DNA of 31,499 nt from Vulcanisaeta sp. AZ3 (GTDB lineage Archaea > Thermoproteota > Thermoprotei > Thermoproteales > Thermocladiaceae), in contig JZWU02000018.1 in the NCBI GenBank assembly GCA_000960865.2, positions 1-31,499 on the forward strand, read 5' to 3'. Position numbers and translations under genes: made by a program. Positions 1 through 9,094 of the stretch are shown here, piece after piece; the first letter of the stretch is position 1; each line of letters begins with the position of its first letter. The notes under the pieces were generated by a model. The model was not told the origin of the DNA and ran no database searches. It saw only the letters and a list, made by a program, of their open reading frames with translations.

Positions 1-73
1 GTACTACAGCCTCCACTCTTACATCGTAATAGCCTGGGAACACCTGCGGAGGTACTGTAAAGACGTTAAGTGA
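1..73 (+). CDS. 3' end of a possible upstream CDS (YYSLHSYIVIAWEHLRRYCKDVK*), partial
   Basis: Frame starting at base 2 is open from the window edge to TGA at 71-73; too short to identify. Confidence 0.3.
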   Translation, partial: YYSLHSYIVIAWEHLRRYCKDVK

Positions 74-761
74 TATAGATGGCGAGGAAATCAGGACGGG
101 AACTTCATATACCGATGAGAATATAACTGGTAGTTGGTTTAATGCTGGGTCGAGTATTGTGATTAATGAGCCTAGCGTGATTAATCTAGGCAACGGCACC
201 AGATTAATCAACCCAACCCTCAATGGTGCTACTTTACCCACAACCTTGACTATTTATGAGCCAACATCATTAACCATCACATACACAAAACAATACCTAG
301 TCACAGTGAGCAGCATCTTTGGTTCAAGCCAATCCTGGATCAATGCTGGTGGGCAAATCACGCCAAACGCCACTAGTCAAGTGGTGAATGGCGTATTATT
401 CACGCCAATGGGCATGAACGTGAATGGGCAGGCAAAGCCCATAGGCTCATTAACTGTTAATGAGCCTTTAAGTGTGGCAATTAATTACGAGGCGAGTGCT
501 AATGTAAACACAGTTTCCTGGGGCCTACCAGCCCTCTACGCCACAGCAACCATGAAATGCGGCTCAGCAATGACTACCACAAGTGGCTCATTCATATCAA
601 CACTAACCCTAAGCATTACTAACCCACCAACCAATCAATGCACAATCACTGAAACAACAATACCACTAACGCCTCTAATCATAGTCGTAATAGTCATAAT
701 TATTATAGTTGTCCTCATTATTACTAGACGCGGAAGAAGAACTGCCTCATCATTGAGTTAA
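33..761 (+). pseudogene. C-terminal fragment of a membrane-anchored surface protein (thermopsin-C-terminal-like beta repeats)
   Basis: Thr/Ser/Asn-rich with repeated GSWFNAGSSI / QYLVTV..SWINAGGQI units, a C-terminal hydrophobic helix and a basic tail (PLIIVVIVIIIIVVLIITRRGRR). No signal peptide. The frame is closed upstream by TAA TAG at 27-32; the ORF track start is GTG 159. Confidence 0.55.
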
Positions 762-981
762 CAAACCACTATTAATTAGGTATCCTCTTAAAACAATATC
801 ATTCTCATTCCCTCCTCATGAGAGTACTAATGAGTAATACATTGTGGGTTTTGAGGAGTAATGGGGGAACTAAGCCCAACATTATTAATTAAATCACATC
901 CAAGGGAAACGTAATACCCAAAAGAGCTTCTGTAATGAGTAAACCCAGCAATACATATAAATCATCGAGCGAAGCCGGGGT

Positions 982-2331
982 ATGCCAAGTATTAGCATTC
1001 CAGTGGTGTTTATTGATCCGTTAATTGGCGACTTAGGCTCACCGCCAAACTCAGTGGAGTGGATTGAGAGGGTTAAGGCTGAGGTTATGGATGGATTGAG
1101 GCGTTTATATCCTAACGTTGATTTTAGGGTTTATGATATTAGGGATGTGGTTGATATTGCGAGTCTCCTAAAGGCCGAGGGCAGTGCAGTGGGTTACTTG
1201 GTCATTGCCTTAAACTCAATAGTGGGTTACCTAGACCCAATAGTGAGGAGTGGCAAGCCCGTAATAGTCATTGCAGAGGCATACGCGGGGGCTGGTGAGT
1301 ATGTACTCGCAGTATCTAGGGCTAGGGCTGAGGGTTACCCAGTACTTGGCATTTCCACAAGGAACCTAGCAGATGAGAGTGTTTTGGGTAAGGTTAGGTA
1401 CTTAATAGCCCTGGCAAGGCTGAGGAACTCGAAAGTACTCTTTGTTGTTGCGCCAAGCACTAAGTCGCACGCGATTTGGCAATTCCCCCTGGGTACTGAT
1501 CTTTATTCACTCTTTAGGACTATACAGGCGTTGACTGGGGTTACGCCAATAATCATGGATGCGGAGGAGTTTAGGAGGAGGTTCTTCGATAATGTGAATT
1601 TGAACGAGGCTAGGGAAGTACTCAATAATTGGGTTAGGGGTGCGGAGGCTGTTAATGATGATAATGAGGAGGAATTACTAAACGCGGCTAAGCTCTACAT
1701 AGCCATGAAAAACGCAGCCAGAGAACTAAGCGTTGACGCCATAGCCCTAGACTGCATAACACTATACAACACAGGCCTACTGAAGGCATGGCCCTGCCTA
1801 GGCTATATGCAGCTTTGGTATGACGGAATAATGCCAGTGTGCGAGGCTGATCCATACTCAGCAATACCAATACTCATCAGTAAATACCTACTTAATAGGA
1901 ATGGTTTTGTAGTTAATGTAGGCATGGACGAGACAAGGAATGAGTACATATACCACCACTGTTACGCACCAACAAACCCACACGGTAGTGAAAAGCCCGA
2001 GGCCCCCTACATAATAACCAAGGCCCACCTAGGCGCTAAGCATGCCTCAATACACGTCAAACTACCCACAAATGAACCAATCACGGCCATGGGCTTCGAC
2101 CCAAACAATAAGGTACTAACAATACAAACATCAAAGGCAATAAACAATGAATACTCACCACAAGCATGCTCAACAAAACTCATCGCCAAAGGCTCACCAA
2201 GCAACGCCGTGAAGAATTGGGTCTGGAGGTCAGGTTGGCATAGGGTCATAGTATACGGTGAGTTCGTTCATGAACTTACTGAATTCGCAATCCTCCTAGG
2301 ACTTTCCACCATCATTGAGGATGGTAGTTAA
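982..2331 (+). CDS. L-fucose/L-arabinose isomerase-like protein
   Basis: 449 aa with motifs AIALDC...WPCLG...G.MPVCEAD, HC.AP and C-terminal GWHRVIVYG, typical of the FucI/AraA-like family; next to a sugar ABC transporter. Confidence 0.7.
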   Translation: MPSISIPVVFIDPLIGDLGSPPNSVEWIERVKAEVMDGLRRLYPNVDFRVYDIRDVVDIASLLKAEGSAVGYLVIALNSIVGYLDPIVRSGKPVIVIAEAYAGAGEYVLAVSRARAEGYPVLGISTRNLADESVLGKVRYLIALARLRNSKVLFVVAPSTKSHAIWQFPLGTDLYSLFRTIQALTGVTPIIMDAEEFRRRFFDNVNLNEAREVLNNWVRGAEAVNDDNEEELLNAAKLYIAMKNAARELSVDAIALDCITLYNTGLLKAWPCLGYMQLWYDGIMPVCEADPYSAIPILISKYLLNRNGFVVNVGMDETRNEYIYHHCYAPTNPHGSEKPEAPYIITKAHLGAKHASIHVKLPTNEPITAMGFDPNNKVLTIQTSKAINNEYSPQACSTKLIAKGSPSNAVKNWVWRSGWHRVIVYGEFVHELTEFAILLGLSTIIEDGS

Positions 2332-2356
2332 GGCTTTTGAAGAATTAAACAAAGCA

Positions 2357-3208
2357 TCACACTCCCTTACTCCCTCCTCCTAAGGCAATTAACCCCCTTA
2401 TAAAGTACCTCCCAAGGAATATAAATATCGCCAATGGTATCACACTCGCCAACATAGCGGCAGCAAATGTATCATTATATAACGTACCATACCCCCCAGT
2501 ATATGATTGCACAGCTATGGAGACTAACCTCATGTCTGGAGTCGTAACTAAAACTAGTGGTATGAAGAAATTATTCCATGCCTGTATTATAATGAATATT
2601 AACGTTGATATAAAGCCCGGAAGAGATAGAGGGAGTACCAACCTCACGAACGTCTTTAAATCCCCAGTCCCATCCATCTTAGCAGCCTCTATTATACTCC
2701 TAGGTATTACGGAGATAAACATCGACATTAACAACGCCCCAGTGGGTATGTAGAATATTAACATGGCAAAAATAATCCCGATATAAGTATTCATAAGATT
2801 CATACTTACTATTAGCCTTGTTAGAGGTATTAAGGTAGCCTGATAAGGTATGAATGTCGCTAATGATATTAAGGAAAACAACGCATCACTTAATGTTGAG
2901 GAAAACCTACTAAAGGAATAGGAGAGTGCGTAAAAGAAATACGCACCCATAGCACCTAGAAACGCTGATACTAATGCAGTTGGGATTACAACTATTAAAC
3001 TATTAAGCAAAGGCCTCGATAACGCACTAATAACTGTAATATAAGCACTTAATGAAAACTTAGTCGGAGGCACCAATGCCGGACTAGATGACACCTCTAA
3101 GTTACTCTTAAACCCATTTATGATCATTGCATAGACTGGCACTAACCACACTACACTTATTACTACCAACGCCAGGTAATGTAATGTGGCCTTTACTACA
3201 GGCCTCAT
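2357..3208 (-). CDS. glcU: Sugar ABC transporter permease (GlcU/MalG-like)
   Basis: Multi-TM with EAA loop IIEAAKMDG. ATG 3208 overlaps the upstream stop (ATGA) and has a GGAGGTGG SD; the ORF track start is 3220. Confidence 0.85.
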   Translation of the reverse strand: MRPVVKATLHYLALVVISVVWLVPVYAMIINGFKSNLEVSSSPALVPPTKFSLSAYITVISALSRPLLNSLIVVIPTALVSAFLGAMGAYFFYALSYSFSRFSSTLSDALFSLISLATFIPYQATLIPLTRLIVSMNLMNTYIGIIFAMLIFYIPTGALLMSMFISVIPRSIIEAAKMDGTGDLKTFVRLVLPLSLPGFISTLIFIIIQAWNNFFIPLVLVTTPDMRLVSIAVQSYTGGYGTLYNDTFAAAMLASVIPLAIFIFLGRYFIRGLIALGGGSKGV

Positions 3209-4062
3209 ACCCTTATCCACCTCCTAATTATTATTAATGCGTAGGGTATTATAACTATTATAGCTATCACAGTTACTATCGTAGCAACCGCCGTAGCCTG
3301 AGAGAAATATTCTACCCAGAATAAGTAATACATATAGACCACTAAAGTCTGAAGATAAACATTAGTAGGCCCCCCAGATAATATGATAGGCAAACTAAAT
3401 ATCCTAAATGAAAACAGGAACAATAAGGCAGTCGATATAATGAATGAATTCATAGAATTAGGAATCAAGAACTTATACAAAATCTTAAAAGAACTAGCCC
3501 TATCCAACCTAGCCGCCTCAATCACAGTCCTATCAATATTCATAAAACCAGCCAAGTAGAACAACGTCGCTAACCCAGTGTAAGCCCATATCGCTACTAC
3601 AATTAAACTTGGAAACATCGTAGAAGTCGACGACAACCAGGGAAATTGCGGTAACCCCAATCTAACGAACAACCAATCTAAACCTATATGAATATTAAAC
3701 AACCACAACCAAATCAATGCATTCACAGCCATTGATATGGCAAGAGGGTATATTATGATTGAAAGAAACACTGACCTAGCCTTATTCGACGCTAGAAAGA
3801 ATAACAAACCCGTAAATAATATACCCAAAACATTACCCACCACAACCAAAATAGCCGACAACTCCAAAGAATGAACCAAGGAATTCTTAAACGCAAATGA
3901 ACTCATAACCGTTGCAAAAGTCTCCAACCCAACGAATACAGGCTTAGGATTGAAGAGAGACCAATTCATAAATGATAGCACTGCATTCCATAAAATCAGA
4001 TACAATAGTAGTACAGAAAATATTGCAGTGGGAATAACTAAAATTATAGTACCTTTCTTCAT
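3205..4062 (-). CDS. glcT: Sugar ABC transporter permease (GlcT/MalF-like)
   Basis: Multi-TM with FVGLE motif and EAA loop VIEAARLDRAS. Confidence 0.85.
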   Translation of the reverse strand: MKKGTIILVIPTAIFSVLLLYLILWNAVLSFMNWSLFNPKPVFVGLETFATVMSSFAFKNSLVHSLELSAILVVVGNVLGILFTGLLFFLASNKARSVFLSIIIYPLAISMAVNALIWLWLFNIHIGLDWLFVRLGLPQFPWLSSTSTMFPSLIVVAIWAYTGLATLFYLAGFMNIDRTVIEAARLDRASSFKILYKFLIPNSMNSFIISTALLFLFSFRIFSLPIILSGGPTNVYLQTLVVYMYYLFWVEYFSQATAVATIVTVIAIIVIIPYALIIIRRWIRV

Positions 4063-4369
4063 GATGAATACACATGAAAATCTTTTTACTTAAAAGCTTT
4101 ACTCTCTACTTTCTCCTAATGAGGATTTACTCGATTATACAATCAAAGATGAAGCGAGGGCAAACAGTATAATGAACTCCTAAAACAATACTAACCTTCT
4201 CCGTATTTAGTTATGTTGGTTATATATTGCTTTATAGTATATTGTTATTTAATATATCTAATATATGATGTGGAATCGAGTTATATAAATAGTAAAAATT
4301 ATTTAACATAAAAATTTTTTAAAACTATAAACAGATAAAGCTTATTAAGTGTTAGATTCTCTATATTGA
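4063..4369. promoter_or_regulatory. AT-rich divergent promoter region for glcT and glcS
   Basis: Near-identical BRE/TATA-like strings: TAAAGCTTATTAAGT (+, about 4336-4350) and TAAAGCTTTTAAGT (-, about 4087-4100), each about 20-40 nt before its ATG. Confidence 0.6.
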
Positions 4370-5863
4370 ATGATGAATGTGACTAGACTAATTAAGACCG
4401 GCATCTCTAGAACCCTTCTTATAGCAATAATAGTGGTTGTAGTGGTGGTCGTAGCAATAGGTGGGTATTTCGCTGTAACATATAAACCACCAACACCAGT
4501 GTCAAAAACAATAATATTCTATACATGGTGGGCAACAGAGGGAAAAATCGCACTACAGCATGAAATGCCAGCAATTTATAAAGCTACTGGAATAACGGTG
4601 GAACCCTATATTATACCTGGAGCTGGCGGAACAGAGGCTAAGTATGCAATAATAGCTCTAATAGAGGCTGGAAAACCACCAGCAATGTTCCAGGTGCATT
4701 ATGGCCCAGAGATGATTAGTTATGTTGAGGCTGCGCCTAAGGGTGTAAATTCATTTGTTAACGTTACACCATATGCTCAACAGTGGGGGTTATTTGAATA
4801 TGCAGTACCTGAAGTACTCGAAGCTGGAGCGTTTAATGGAACCTTACTATCCGTTCCGGTAAATGTTCATAGAGGAGCTTTATTATATGTCAATGTTCAA
4901 TTATTAAGGGAGTATAATTTACCATTCCCATACACCTTTAGTGAGTTAGTTTATGATACGGTACAGTTAGCAAAGCATGGAGTTTACCCATGGATGGTGC
5001 CAGGGGCGGATGGAGGATGGGATCAATTTAACCTATGGGAGGACATATTCTTATCCCTGGCTGGGCCACAATTATACAATGAATTAATGTATGGAACTAT
5101 AAACTTGACCAATCCTACAGTTCAAGAATTAATTAATGAGACTGATTATTGGTTCTTAAACTTCACATCCTATGATTACCCAGGTTGGCAATCAATGACG
5201 TGGACACAGGGAATAACACTACTCGTAGAAGGAAAAGTAGCATTCGAAGAAAATGTAAACTCATGGGTCAACTATGCATATGACTTTCTAAACACATCGG
5301 CATATCCGCCATTGCCACAATACATAAGCAACCCAAGCGTAGTGTTGATAGAAGAGCCATTCCCAGGGACACAAAACTACTTTGCACTAGTAATTGACTC
5401 CGTAGGTATACCGGTTGGTCCTCAGGAGCAACAGGCTTTGCAGGCAGTTCACTTCTGGTCATCATATCAGGGGCAGGAGATATGGACTAAGTGGAAGGCT
5501 GTAACATACTATATTAATGCTACTGATTACTTCAATACTCCTGCTCAATGGTATGATTATGAGCAATTAATAAATGATTCTAAGTATCCTCAGGTCTTTG
5601 TATATCAATTATCTGATGGTGGAGTATTTGATGATGTTTTCGCAGAAATAAACTCTGCCTTATTAACACTACAGGAGGTTGGTCCTGCCTACTTACCAAC
5701 CTGGCACTCAACATTAGCATCAGCAATGCATGAGGAGGAGAGTGAATGGCTAGAGGCAGAAAAACTAGGTTTAGGCTACATGGGATTCCCCGGACACCCA
5801 TTTGCAGGTTATTACCCACCGTGGGCGACGGATCCAGCGGCGTATGGGTTAGGTGGTAAATGA
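4370..5863 (+). CDS. glcS: Sugar ABC transporter substrate-binding protein (GlcS-like) with a class III-type signal peptide
   Basis: N-terminus KTG|ISRTLLIAIIVVVVVVVAIGG; FYTWW, IPGAGG and PVNVHRG motifs of glucose-binding SBPs; flanked by permeases and ATPase. Confidence 0.85.
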   Translation: MMNVTRLIKTGISRTLLIAIIVVVVVVVAIGGYFAVTYKPPTPVSKTIIFYTWWATEGKIALQHEMPAIYKATGITVEPYIIPGAGGTEAKYAIIALIEAGKPPAMFQVHYGPEMISYVEAAPKGVNSFVNVTPYAQQWGLFEYAVPEVLEAGAFNGTLLSVPVNVHRGALLYVNVQLLREYNLPFPYTFSELVYDTVQLAKHGVYPWMVPGADGGWDQFNLWEDIFLSLAGPQLYNELMYGTINLTNPTVQELINETDYWFLNFTSYDYPGWQSMTWTQGITLLVEGKVAFEENVNSWVNYAYDFLNTSAYPPLPQYISNPSVVLIEEPFPGTQNYFALVIDSVGIPVGPQEQQALQAVHFWSSYQGQEIWTKWKAVTYYINATDYFNTPAQWYDYEQLINDSKYPQVFVYQLSDGGVFDDVFAEINSALLTLQEVGPAYLPTWHSTLASAMHEEESEWLEAEKLGLGYMGFPGHPFAGYYPPWATDPAAYGLGGK

Positions 5864-5898
5864 TTTTTACTTAAACTTTAATTAAAATTAAAACTTTC
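5863..5898. terminator. T/A-rich convergent terminator region between glcS and glcV
   Basis: Short spacer with T runs on both strands (TTTTTACTT on +; TTTTAATTTT on -). Confidence 0.35.
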
Positions 5899-6984
5899 TT
5901 ATTCTTTCCATATTTTTATCGAATCCTTCCTAACATATATTAAAACCTCCTCATCTCTTCTCCAAGGATGATCAACGTATGTAACGATTTCACTATTGCC
6001 CTCAGTGGGTGTAACGGTGATCCTAAACATGCCGCCTTGATAACCAACAACCCTAACCCTACCCTTACCGACTAAAACCCAACCGTCTAGATTCAAGGCG
6101 TCTCTAGATAATTTAACATCTTCAGGTCTAATACCAACAGTAACCTTCTCCCCTTTATGCTCACTATATTCTCCAACAAGTGGGAATTTCAAATTATCAA
6201 CGGCGATGAACTCATCAGTAACCTTACCCTCTAACTCATTAATCTCGCCAATCAACCTAGCAGCCTCGGCAGAAACAGGATTATTATAAACATCATCAGG
6301 CTTACCAACCTGAACAAGCTTCCCCTTAACTAAAACACCAACATTATCAGCTATTGAGAAAATGTCGGCAGGATCATGACTAACAATAAGTAAAGTAACT
6401 CCTAATCTCTCCTGAACATCCTTAACTAAAGCCCTAGCGCTATCCCTTATCCTAGCGTCTAAATTACTAAAGGGCTCATCTAATAAAAGCAATGAAGGCT
6501 CCTTAACCAAGGCTCTAGCCAAAGCAACTCTCTGTTGTTGACCGCCGGACAACTCCCTGGGATAATGATTTAAGACATGGGAGATGTCTAGGATCTCTGC
6601 GATCTCATGAACTCTTTTCTTGATCTCATCTTTACTAAGCTTCATGTTAGTCAAGGGGAAGGCAATATTCTCAAAGGCTGTGAGGTTAGGGTATAGGGCC
6701 CAGGTTTGGAAAACCATGCCGATTCTTCTATCTTCGGGGGGAATAATGAGCTTGCCATTAGCGGCTACGATCGTATCATCGAACAAAACCTCACCGCTTG
6801 TGGGGACGTCTAGACCGGCAATGATTCTCATGAGTGTGGTCTTGCCGGCACCGCTGGGGCCTAGGACGCCGAATCTGGAGCCGCGTTCGACGGTTAGACT
6901 GACGTTATCTAAGGCGACGACGGAACCTCTTTTGAAAACCTTAGTTACGTTCCTAACAACAACTCTTACAGTGCCCTCTTTCAT
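5899..6984 (-). CDS. glcV: Sugar ABC transporter ATP-binding protein GlcV
   Basis: Walker A GPSGAGKTT, signature LSGGQQQR, Walker B LLLLDE and a C-terminal OB/TOBE-type region. Long stretches match my recollection of Saccharolobus solfataricus GlcV. ATG 6984 is preferred over 7053 because TTTATAT lies about 27-33 nt upstream. Confidence 0.9.
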   Translation of the reverse strand: MKEGTVRVVVRNVTKVFKRGSVVALDNVSLTVERGSRFGVLGPSGAGKTTLMRIIAGLDVPTSGEVLFDDTIVAANGKLIIPPEDRRIGMVFQTWALYPNLTAFENIAFPLTNMKLSKDEIKKRVHEIAEILDISHVLNHYPRELSGGQQQRVALARALVKEPSLLLLDEPFSNLDARIRDSARALVKDVQERLGVTLLIVSHDPADIFSIADNVGVLVKGKLVQVGKPDDVYNNPVSAEAARLIGEINELEGKVTDEFIAVDNLKFPLVGEYSEHKGEKVTVGIRPEDVKLSRDALNLDGWVLVGKGRVRVVGYQGGMFRITVTPTEGNSEIVTYVDHPWRRDEEVLIYVRKDSIKIWKE

Positions 6985-7199
6985 AATCGTAATTCTTATT
7001 TTCTTAGAAGATATAAATGTTTTATGTCGTATGGGTAAAAGAAGTAAAAACATGTTTACTTATCTATAATAGTCATAATTATCTATTAATATTATAGAGT
7101 AGGCAAGATAGTAAGTATTTGCAGATCATTGAGTTGTGGAACAGGACTGTGGTTTACGTTTGATGAGTTGTGTTTATTAGGTGGTGATTTATAGTTCTT

Positions 7200-7820
7200 A
7201 TGATGAGGTTGCCTAGGGGTATTTATGGGATAACTGATACGGGTTATACGATTAAGGATCATGTGGAGGCTGCTAGGGCTTTCCTAGAGGGTGGTGTTAG
7301 GGTTGTTCAGTATAGGCGTAAGGAGGGTAGTATTAGGGTTATGCTTGAGGAGGCTAGGGCTATTAGGAGGCTTTGTAATGAGTTTGGTGCTGTTTTTATT
7401 GTTGATGATAGGGTTGATATTGCAGTGCTTAGTGATGCTGATGGTGTGCATGTTGGTCTTGAGGATGCCCCTGTGGATGTTTTGAGGAGTAAGTTTGGTG
7501 GTTTAATAATTGGGGCTAGTGCTAGTACTGTTGAGGAGGCCCTCGATGGGCAGAGGGCTGGTGCAGATTACATAGGGGCTGGTTCTGTTTTTCCAAGCCC
7601 CACTAGGCCGGATTATAGGGTTACTGGGATTGATGGTTTGAGGAGTATTGTTAGGGCTGTGGGTATACCTGTGTATGCCATTGGTGGTATAACGCTTGAG
7701 TCAATACCTGCGATAAAGACTACTGGGGCGTGGGGTGCGGCTGTTATTTCGGGGATACTTGCGGCGAAGAATCCTGTGGAGATGGCTAAGGCTTTCGTGG
7801 CTGCGTGGGAGAATTCATGA
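7200..7820 (+). CDS. thiE: Thiamine-phosphate synthase
   Basis: Motifs IYGIT, VQYRRK, FIVDDRVD, DGVHVG, GADYIG, FPSPT and AIGGI. Confidence 0.92.
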   Translation: MMRLPRGIYGITDTGYTIKDHVEAARAFLEGGVRVVQYRRKEGSIRVMLEEARAIRRLCNEFGAVFIVDDRVDIAVLSDADGVHVGLEDAPVDVLRSKFGGLIIGASASTVEEALDGQRAGADYIGAGSVFPSPTRPDYRVTGIDGLRSIVRAVGIPVYAIGGITLESIPAIKTTGAWGAAVISGILAAKNPVEMAKAFVAAWENS

Positions 7821-7861
7821 TCTTGGCTTACGTTAAATATGCTTATTAAGGTATTGTTTGT

Positions 7862-9088
7862 GTGTTTTTTGTGCCGTTGCAGAGTCATGTTCAGGTTGGT
7901 GTGGTTGGGAAGCCTAATGTGGGTAAGTCTACGTTTTTTGCCGCTGCTACTATGATTGATGTTAAGATTGCTCCTTACCCATTCACTACCATTGAGCCTA
8001 ATGTTGGTGTTGGTTATGTGAGGATCCCCTGTGTGTGTAGGGATTTGGGGGTTAGGGATAATCCTAGGAATTCTATTTGTATTGATGGTAATAGATTCAT
8101 ACCTGTTGAGCTTATTGACGTGGCTGGTCTAGTCCCCGGGGCTTGGCAGGGTAGGGGTTTGGGTAATCAGTTTCTTGATCATTTGAGGAGGGCTCCTGTG
8201 CTTATTCACGTGGTTGATATGGCGGGGGCTACTGATGAGGAGGGTAGGTTGGTTAAGCCTGGTTCTCATGATCCTTTGGTTGATGTTGAGTTTCTTGAGG
8301 GTGAGGTTACTATGTGGATGGTGCAGATGTTAAGTAAGGATTGGGATAAGTTGGTAAGGCTTGTTGATTATGCTAAGAAGCCCCTCCTTGATATGTTGTA
8401 TGAGAGGTTTAGTGGTCTTGGTGTGACTCAGGCGCAGGTTAATGATGCCTTGGTGAAGCTTGACTTAGATAAGAAGCCCTTGTCTAGGTGGAGTGAGGGT
8501 GATATTAAGGGTTTCGTGGGTACGCTTAGGGAGTTGAGTAAGCCTATGGTTATAGCTGCGAATAAGATGGATATTCCTGAGGCTGAGGATAATTATAAGA
8601 GGGTTGTTAAGGAGGTGGGTGGTAAGTATAGGGTTATCCCCGTGGGTGCGGATTATGAGTTAGCCTTGAGGAGGGCTTCGAAGGCTGGCTTAATTAAGTA
8701 TGTGCCTGGTGATGAGGACTTCGAAGTGACATCCACAAGCCTAACCAAGGCTCAGAGGGATGCTTTGGAGAGAATTAGGGATTTCATGCATAAGTGGGGT
8801 GGTACTGGTGTTATTAAGGCGTTAAACACTGCCGTATTTGATGTGCTTGGCATGATTGCTGTTTACCCCGTGGCTGATGAGAAGAAATTCACTGATACTG
8901 AGGGTAATGTACTCCCAGACGTTTTGTTACTGCCTAGGGATGCGACTGCGCTTGATTTGGCTAGGGAGATTCATAGTGAGATTGCTGAGAAGGCTGTGAC
9001 TGGTATTGATGCAATTAGTGGTAGGAGGCTTGGTGTGAATTCCAAGCTTTGGCATAGGGCTGTGGTTAGGATTTATATATCAAAGTAA
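7862..9088 (+). CDS. ychF: Obg-family NTPase YchF (archaeal type) with C-terminal TGS domain
   Basis: GKPNVGKST, YPFTT, DVAG, GLGNQFL and NKMD motifs; the start may be GTG 7871. Confidence 0.9.
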   Translation: MFFVPLQSHVQVGVVGKPNVGKSTFFAAATMIDVKIAPYPFTTIEPNVGVGYVRIPCVCRDLGVRDNPRNSICIDGNRFIPVELIDVAGLVPGAWQGRGLGNQFLDHLRRAPVLIHVVDMAGATDEEGRLVKPGSHDPLVDVEFLEGEVTMWMVQMLSKDWDKLVRLVDYAKKPLLDMLYERFSGLGVTQAQVNDALVKLDLDKKPLSRWSEGDIKGFVGTLRELSKPMVIAANKMDIPEAEDNYKRVVKEVGGKYRVIPVGADYELALRRASKAGLIKYVPGDEDFEVTSTSLTKAQRDALERIRDFMHKWGGTGVIKALNTAVFDVLGMIAVYPVADEKKFTDTEGNVLPDVLLLPRDATALDLAREIHSEIAEKAVTGIDAISGRRLGVNSKLWHRAVVRIYISK

Positions 9089-9094
9089 TTATTA

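Noticed and set aside
7054-7199. TPP riboswitch or C/D sRNA upstream of thiE (TGATGA at about 7161 and 7201)
   Set aside because: No CTGAGA/ACCTGA riboswitch core and no correctly spaced CTGA D boxes.
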